Below, one piece after another: positions 6,867 to 12,555 of a DNA stretch of 12,555 nucleotides (the first letter of the stretch is position 1; every line of letters starts with the position of its first letter). The notes under the pieces are model-generated. The model was given only the letters and a program-made list of their open reading frames with translations, was not told the DNA's origin and ran no database searches. Position numbers and translations under genes: made by a program. Origin of the DNA: Pseudobacteriovorax sp. GTDB lineage: Bacteria; Bdellovibrionota_B; Oligoflexia; Oligoflexales; Oligoflexaceae. The stretch covers positions 1 through 12,555 of the forward strand of contig JBNKNM010000012.1 in NCBI GenBank assembly GCA_050293845.1, given 5' to 3'.

Positions 6867-8024
6867 TTAAATATAATTACCTGCTTTAATTTTTTCTACA
6901 ATTATCTTTTCAGGCATAGTGGGGTCCCGGGGGTCAACCGTAAAATATGACTGCTGCTCACACCGGCGCTTATGTTCCAGCAGCCAATGAAGGATGTCAG
7001 CAAGCCCTTTATTTTTCCGACTTTTAAAAAAGGGGTCATTTGCCAAGGCGTCTCTAGCTTTTTTGAGGGACCTCAGCTCTTGAGCATCGGCTTCCTTTAC
7101 CGGATAATCATGAAGGTCATACTTTTTGATATCTTCTGGCAGAACTCCCAGAAACCTTACCTCGGGCGCCGAGAAGTCCGAATTTCTTATCAAGGACGCT
7201 GCGGAACCGGCTTTAAGAGTGCGAAAAATATTCTGCATCGTATAAGCATCAAGGTCTCCAAAGAAATATAAGGGAATCCTCAATTGATCCTGGATGCGTT
7301 TTAACCACCCTCTAACTGCATTTGACGGAACTCCCTGAGCACCTACCACAATAGCCTTATGCCGTTTTGTAAAACCGTTTGCTACAAGCGTATTAGCCGT
7401 GCCTTCCGACTCTACAATTAAGCAATAGTCAATTTTTCGTTTTGCTTTCAATTTTAAATTTTGTGGGCGATTTTTGGGCTGGAATGGTGAAGTTCCCAAT
7501 GTTGAAAGGTCTATAGTCGCTTTAGTACCATCAGAGAGCAATTCTTCAACCACAAGTTCCCTAGAATAAGTCTGCCCCCCGCGATCATTGGCATAGCAAT
7601 TTAATTCTTCACGATAGCACTCGATCATTTCACAAATAAAATCAATAACGCCATCTGACTCCTGTTGATCGGTAAAATCAAGGGGTTTGAGTATAGGGTT
7701 GTGTTTCACCTCACCTTTACTCATATAATAAAGTTCCCGTTTAGTATTAACATTACCTGAGGCAATATTACGCAATAAAATTTCCAGCATAAATATGGTG
7801 CGTGACATCTTTTTCACTGATGCCACATTTAATTCAGTGCGTACCTTTTTGTTTCCTGGTGTTAAATATCCTAATTTAGGATTGTAGTTTGAATTATCAA
7901 GATTGCATTTAGTCGCTTGGATAACCGGCCTCTTAGCCTTTTCCAGATCTGCAAGCATTTTATTGCAAAGATCTATACTGATATGGGGTATATCTTCTTG
8001 CAATACCCTCTTTATTTTTACCAT
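6867..8024 (-). CDS. top6A: DNA topoisomerase VI subunit A (Spo11 family)
   Basis: Winged-helix catalytic Tyr motif TKRELYY; TOPRIM IVESEG, GAQGVPS, FGDLDAY (DxD), KAGS, FLGVLPEDI, EQQ. RBS GGAGAGGA; 13 nt downstream of top6B. Confidence 0.93.
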   Translation of the reverse strand: MVKIKRVLQEDIPHISIDLCNKMLADLEKAKRPVIQATKCNLDNSNYNPKLGYLTPGNKKVRTELNVASVKKMSRTIFMLEILLRNIASGNVNTKRELYYMSKGEVKHNPILKPLDFTDQQESDGVIDFICEMIECYREELNCYANDRGGQTYSRELVVEELLSDGTKATIDLSTLGTSPFQPKNRPQNLKLKAKRKIDYCLIVESEGTANTLVANGFTKRHKAIVVGAQGVPSNAVRGWLKRIQDQLRIPLYFFGDLDAYTMQNIFRTLKAGSAASLIRNSDFSAPEVRFLGVLPEDIKKYDLHDYPVKEADAQELRSLKKARDALANDPFFKSRKNKGLADILHWLLEHKRRCEQQSYFTVDPRDPTMPEKIIVEKIKAGNYI

Positions 8025-8037
8025 CCTTTATCCTCTC

Positions 8038-10173
8038 CTATGATTTTCGTTTTTTCTTTTTTATGACTTTTTTAGCAATTTTTTTCTTACTTGATGATTT
8101 CGAGATCACTTTTTTAATAGCTTTTTTAGCGGGTTTTGATTTAACTTTTGCAACTTTCTTTTTTGTCGCTGTTGGCTTCTTCTTTATGATTCCCTCACTC
8201 GTCTTTTTCTTTTTGCTGGTTGTTTTTACTACTTTCTTCTTAACACTGTTTTTTTTCTTTGCCGCAGATTTTTTCTTTTTAGAAGTAGTTTTTACAGCTT
8301 TCTTCTTTTTTGATTTGCTAGTTATTTCTTTTTTCCCTACCGCAGACTTTTTCCTTTTTGCGGTTTTTTTTACTTTTTTTGCTGTCGATTTCTTTATTAT
8401 CTTCCGCGAAGCATTTCTCGACTCGCTAGAGGAGGTATTTGACTCTTGTTGACTTTCCAAATCACTTTTATCTTCAAGCTCGTTAGCATCTTCCTTTATA
8501 TCTGTTTCTTCCTGATCTAATATAGTGGCAACGTGACCTAACCTTTTGCGGCGATTCTCAAGATGCTTCTTCAACTTACTCTCTGCAGCCTCCAGATCCT
8601 TCTCAGCTGCTTTAGTTTCCCTACCTAATATTTTTAACAGTCCTTGATGAGCTTTTGCTTTACGTTGTTCATTTGATTGAGTTATCCGCACAAGTCCTTC
8701 CACCAAGATCGGTGCAAACTTCTCAATATGTTGAATTTTGCTTTCGAGTATACTTTCTTTATGCTCACGTCGCAAATGACGAGACAATCTCTGACCTGCC
8801 TGCATAAGAGCTTTTCTGATTTCTTCTACTAGCTCCTCTGAAGCATCTACCGTTTCTTTTGAAGCATTCTTAAACTTAATAAATGGTGATACTAGGCTAA
8901 CTGCAATAATGTAGGGTCCTAAAGGTAGTGAGTTTCTCGATTGCCGTAAACCATAAGATTTCCAGTTTACACTTGTAATACCTTTAACTATAGCGCAGCT
9001 GGCTTTATCAAATTGCAAGGGTACGCGATTGGCAAAACGGAGTACCTGAACTGAGTCTTCGCTCTCATTATTAGCTTTTTCAATCACTCTTGCTAAGGCT
9101 ACTTCTATTTGAACTGGTTTATAATCGCAAATAGTGGGTTTTCTTGTTACCACTGAAAAATAATCCACATCACCCAATCTTAGAATACTTTTTGCTAACC
9201 CTTCTTCACCAATAGATAGTACTGTCTTAGTGGAAGGAGGGCGCAGTTCACAGTCTTGCACTGCAACAAACATTACCTTGAAATCTTGTTCTTTGAGTTC
9301 GTTGACTTGTCGATCTAAAAGGCCTTTTTTCAAATGTGACTGTTGCAAAAGTTTTAAAGTATCATCCGTCACCCTCGAAAAAGAACTTTTCAACCACTCC
9401 CTGGCACTACCTTTACCAAATAGTCTTGCATGAGCTAAAAACTCTCCCAGCTTCATAGTATGGGGGTGAGGAGCCGTAGCCTCAGGAATTTTTGGGACAA
9501 AGTCACTAACGCGCTCAACCGTAACAACCGGCTGATCCAGAAGCTCATAATGGAGAGTTAAATGAGGATTCACCAGAATATTAGACTTTAAAAATGCCTG
9601 TATTCCAGCTTCTCCATTCATTTGAATCCGCCCATCAATGATGAACTCGATCGACGTTCCATGATTGTGGTTCCATTTTATCTCCTTCTTATCTTTGACA
9701 TGTCCTTTGTTGTGTTTTAAATCCACTTGAACCTGACATGAAATCGCTTGTTTTTGACGGGCTGTTCGAGTAATGACACGAACTCCCTTTGCAGTTGTCT
9801 GCATCGCCCAGGTAGTTGCAGCTGAGATCCCTATTCCCTGCTGCCCTCGCGAACACCGTCCCTTACCAAATTTAGAAGAGGCAAGATATTCACCGAAAAC
9901 TTTAGCAATATCTTTCTGATGAATTCCTGGCCCATTGTCTTCTACTTTGATCAGGACTTGGTCAGTATTACGTAAGGAACCTCTCCCCTTTTTCTTAATG
10001 GTGACAAAAATTTCGGGAAGAATTCCAGCCTCTTCACAAGCATCTAAGGAATTATCCATGGCTTCCTTCAACGTCGTTAATACTGCTTTTGTAGGTGATG
10101 AGAATCCAACCTGCTGAAGATTCTTCGCAAAATACTCCGCCGTACTACTTACCCGAATCCTATCTTTTTTCAC
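8038..10173 (-). CDS. top6B: DNA topoisomerase VI subunit B with an acidic linker and Lys-rich C-terminal extension
   Basis: AEYFAKNLQQVGF; GHKL motifs KEAMDNSLDACE, VEDNGPGI, SRGQQGIGIS, HGT; PHPH; transducer RFANRVPL and FKNASKE. GTG start after AAGGGAG. Confidence 0.95.
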   Translation of the reverse strand: MKKDRIRVSSTAEYFAKNLQQVGFSSPTKAVLTTLKEAMDNSLDACEEAGILPEIFVTIKKKGRGSLRNTDQVLIKVEDNGPGIHQKDIAKVFGEYLASSKFGKGRCSRGQQGIGISAATTWAMQTTAKGVRVITRTARQKQAISCQVQVDLKHNKGHVKDKKEIKWNHNHGTSIEFIIDGRIQMNGEAGIQAFLKSNILVNPHLTLHYELLDQPVVTVERVSDFVPKIPEATAPHPHTMKLGEFLAHARLFGKGSAREWLKSSFSRVTDDTLKLLQQSHLKKGLLDRQVNELKEQDFKVMFVAVQDCELRPPSTKTVLSIGEEGLAKSILRLGDVDYFSVVTRKPTICDYKPVQIEVALARVIEKANNESEDSVQVLRFANRVPLQFDKASCAIVKGITSVNWKSYGLRQSRNSLPLGPYIIAVSLVSPFIKFKNASKETVDASEELVEEIRKALMQAGQRLSRHLRREHKESILESKIQHIEKFAPILVEGLVRITQSNEQRKAKAHQGLLKILGRETKAAEKDLEAAESKLKKHLENRRKRLGHVATILDQEETDIKEDANELEDKSDLESQQESNTSSSESRNASRKIIKKSTAKKVKKTAKRKKSAVGKKEITSKSKKKKAVKTTSKKKKSAAKKKNSVKKKVVKTTSKKKKTSEGIIKKKPTATKKKVAKVKSKPAKKAIKKVISKSSSKKKIAKKVIKKKKRKS
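8041..8418 (-). repeat. Low-complexity Lys/Ala/Ser/Thr/Val tail of Top6B (residues ~586-711)
   Basis: 57 Lys and 4 Arg against 2 Glu in 126 aa by manual count. Internal duplication KKK[AV]VKTTSKKKK at 22-aa (66-nt) spacing. Confidence 0.9.
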
Positions 10174-10643
10174 AGATTTTCTCTCCCTTATATACCAACC
10201 AGATGCGGCTCATTTTCCTTTTATAAAAATCTAGTTAATTTAATACTATCAAATAGCCTAACTATTGGGTACAGCTTGCAAACATTACCTAGCAGAAAAT
10301 AAATGTTATTTATAATCCCATAAGATCAACCTTTCTAGAAAGGCTTAAAATTTTAAATAATCTACAAGATAAGGATACTTCAACACAAAAGGATCGAATT
10401 TCGAGAATCCATAACCGAGAAATAAAAATGAAAAGCTCCCCATTAATTTTCAACTTGATTTTTTCCGATTCGGATCACAATAGCTTGAAAGTTAATCATT
10501 CAATTTAGTCATAATTAGTAGTCAGGCCAGCACAGAAATATTAACAACCTAATATTATAAGATATATTTGCTTTCACATGAACTCATATCATTTATCATG
10601 GTTCAGATGATGCTTACTAAGCTTCACAAATTATTTTTTATGT

Positions 10644-10669
10644 TAAACCTAATTTATTTTTTCCGAGAA
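10644..10669 (+). promoter_or_regulatory. Possible sigma28 (FliA)-type promoter upstream of the cheA-like gene
   Basis: TAAA (10644-10647), 14 nt, TCCGAGAA (10662-10669) versus consensus TAAA-N15-GCCGATAA; 30 nt upstream of ATG 10700. Confidence 0.3.
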
Positions 10670-10699
10670 ACACAGAAGCCTAAATAACTGAGGCAAACA

Positions 10700-12555
10700 A
10701 TGCCAAATGTACCAATAAAAATATTATTTGTCGACGATGAAGCTGATATCGTTGAACCTCTCATAGAGGAAGCCCAGGATTTGGGATATGAGACCTTGTT
10801 TTTTGATAGAGGGGAAGATGCTTTAGCTGCCATTAAAGATATTGCTGACACATTGGCCCTTGTAGTCTGCGATTATCGTATGCCTGACATTGATGGATTA
10901 ACCTTTCGAGAGCGAATGTTTCCGGAATTTCAGCATATACCTTTTATTGTTTACTCGGGTTTTGTGACTCAGGAAATACTCAGAAATGCGATAAATCTAA
11001 AAGTATCAAAATTTGTCGATAAACCATTTGATATAGATAAGTTGAAGGATCTCATTTTAGCTGAAGCTAAGGACAGAGTTGAGCTTATCGAAGAAAAAGC
11101 AGTTCTTAAAAGCATTTTTATTGATGAAGCTCAAGAACTCCTCGAAGACCTTGAAGAAACCATTCTATTACTTGAACACGATCCACATCCTGAAAGAATT
11201 AACACTATTTTCCGCTTAGTACATACAATAAAAGGTGGCTCTGGAGTTTTAGACTGGCCTGATTTTACTAAGATTCTTCATGGTTACGAGGATTTACTGA
11301 GCAAGATAAAGAATCAGGATATCGCTATCACACCCTCAGTCATATCCATGCTTCTAAAAGGTTATGATTTCCTTGACAAGACATTAAATGCATTTATCGA
11401 TGGAAAGCCTGTAGTTATCGATGTTTCCTATTGGATTCATAATTTCAATGAAACCAACATTGAGGAAGAATCTTTTCAAGATAAAGAAAAGTCTAAAAAA
11501 AATCCCTCTTCCGTTAAAAAAGAAAATGAACTGATCAAAGTTCCTATTAAAATTCTAGATGAATTTATGGAACTATCAGGGGAAATCACAGTGATCCGCA
11601 ATACCGTAAATAAGCTCGTCGGTAACCTGCAAAAGGAATTATCAGGTAACCAAGACTTATCCCTATTAGCTGAATTCTTAGATGAAATGCATAAAATCAA
11701 CTCCTCCATGCAACATAAAATTACAGAATTGAGAAAAGTCTCTCTAAAAAATGTATTTCGCAATATACCAAGAACAATACGCGACCTCAATCATTCACTT
11801 GGCAAAAAAATAGATCTATCTATCCATGGTGAGAATTTACGTGTAGATAATAACCTAGCAACTGTTCTTAAAAACTCAATGATTCATATTGTACGAAATT
11901 CAGCAGATCACGGCATAGAATTACCTAACATGAGAAAAAAATCAGGAAAACCAGAAAAAGGACTTATTTCCATAGATGCTCATGAACAAGGTGATGAAGT
12001 TATTATTGATCTTTCTGATGACGGTGCCGGAATTAATTCTGATATGATTCTTCAAAGAGCAGTAGAAAAAGGTCTATATACGCAGGATGAAAGTCGTAAT
12101 CTAAGCACTTATCAAATTAATCAGATCATCATGGAACCAGGCTTTTCAACAGCAATGTCCATCACCGACATTAGTGGTAGAGGAGTAGGAATGGATATGG
12201 TTAAAAGTTCTGTGGAATCCATTGGTGGACGCATTGATATTAATTCACAACTAGGACAAGGAACCAAATTCACATTCAAGCTCCCAATTCCTAAGTCTGT
12301 AACTATTATTCATTCATTATTAGTAACCATTGGCCATAATGAATTTAGCATACCTCAAGACAACATCATACGATTAATCAAAATAGACAGCGACCGCATC
12401 AATAAATCAATTCATAACCTTGAAGGGACCCAGCTATTAGAAGTAAACGGGTCCTTAGTGCCTTTAATCGACTTAAAGCCTGAACTTTGCCCAGAATTCA
12501 AAGTCACTATGAATCATGAAAGCCTTGAAATTGTCATATTGAAATCAGAAAATGC
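10700..12555 (+). CDS. cheA: CheA-type chemotaxis histidine kinase with N-terminal receiver domain (REC-Hpt-dimerisation-HATPase-CheW), 3' truncated by the window
   Basis: Hand translation is open from ATG 10700 (RBS GAGG 10690-10693) to the end, 618 codons. REC: ILFVDDE, VVCDYRMP (D58), VYSG, FVDKPF. Hpt: IFIDEAQELL..IFRLVHTIKGGS (H175). P3: IKVPIKILDEFMELSGE. P4: HIVRNSADHGIE, DDGAGI, PGFST, SGRGVGMDMVK. P5 begins LLVTIGHNEFSIP. Confidence 0.93.
   Translation, partial: MPNVPIKILFVDDEADIVEPLIEEAQDLGYETLFFDRGEDALAAIKDIADTLALVVCDYRMPDIDGLTFRERMFPEFQHIPFIVYSGFVTQEILRNAINLKVSKFVDKPFDIDKLKDLILAEAKDRVELIEEKAVLKSIFIDEAQELLEDLEETILLLEHDPHPERINTIFRLVHTIKGGSGVLDWPDFTKILHGYEDLLSKIKNQDIAITPSVISMLLKGYDFLDKTLNAFIDGKPVVIDVSYWIHNFNETNIEEESFQDKEKSKKNPSSVKKENELIKVPIKILDEFMELSGEITVIRNTVNKLVGNLQKELSGNQDLSLLAEFLDEMHKINSSMQHKITELRKVSLKNVFRNIPRTIRDLNHSLGKKIDLSIHGENLRVDNNLATVLKNSMIHIVRNSADHGIELPNMRKKSGKPEKGLISIDAHEQGDEVIIDLSDDGAGINSDMILQRAVEKGLYTQDESRNLSTYQINQIIMEPGFSTAMSITDISGRGVGMDMVKSSVESIGGRIDINSQLGQGTKFTFKLPIPKSVTIIHSLLVTIGHNEFSIPQDNIIRLIKIDSDRINKSIHNLEGTQLLEVNGSLVPLIDLKPELCPEFKVTMNHESLEIVILKSEN

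Noticed and set aside
8063..8452. 129-aa Phe-rich plus-strand ORF resembling a membrane protein
   Set aside because: It is the antisense mirror of the AAA/AAG codons of the Top6B tail.
6867..10173. top6A/top6B as a defence system (Wadjet JetD-like) or plasmid-type Topo VIII
   Set aside because: No SMC/jetABC genes or mobility context; separate full-length A and B subunits with canonical Topo VI motifs.
4541..11790. Other short ORFs (4541-4804, 6503-6739, 6972-7271, 9230-9433, 9935-10117, 10654-10851, 11476-11790)
   Set aside because: Each lies antisense to a well-supported gene and has no recognisable motif.
1..12555. CRISPR array, tRNA, IS element or prophage
   Set aside because: No spaced direct repeats, cloverleaf, transposase, integrase or phage genes were seen.

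Overview
Ordinary-looking bacterial chromosomal segment with no mobile element or CRISPR array. The gene content suggests a Bdellovibrionota/deltaproteobacteria-like organism (inference only). Left to right: the 5' end of a probable minus-strand gene cut by the window edge; an acidic lipoprotein with tandem DxDxDG Ca2+-binding-type repeats (-); a plus-strand RNA-maturation cluster of an RNHCP zinc-binding protein, type A RNase P RNA (rnpB, absent from the ORF track), trmB, a small hypothetical ORF, ybeY and a CNNM/CorC-HlyC membrane protein; convergently khpA-nagZ (-); an archaeal-type DNA topoisomerase VI operon top6B-top6A (-); a 526-bp AT-rich divergent spacer; and a CheA-type kinase (+, absent from the ORF track, runs off the right edge). 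The two most unusual items are a Top6B carrying an acidic linker plus a 126-aa histone-H1-like tail (57 Lys), and a CheA with an intact receiver domain at its N-terminus and no P2 domain.
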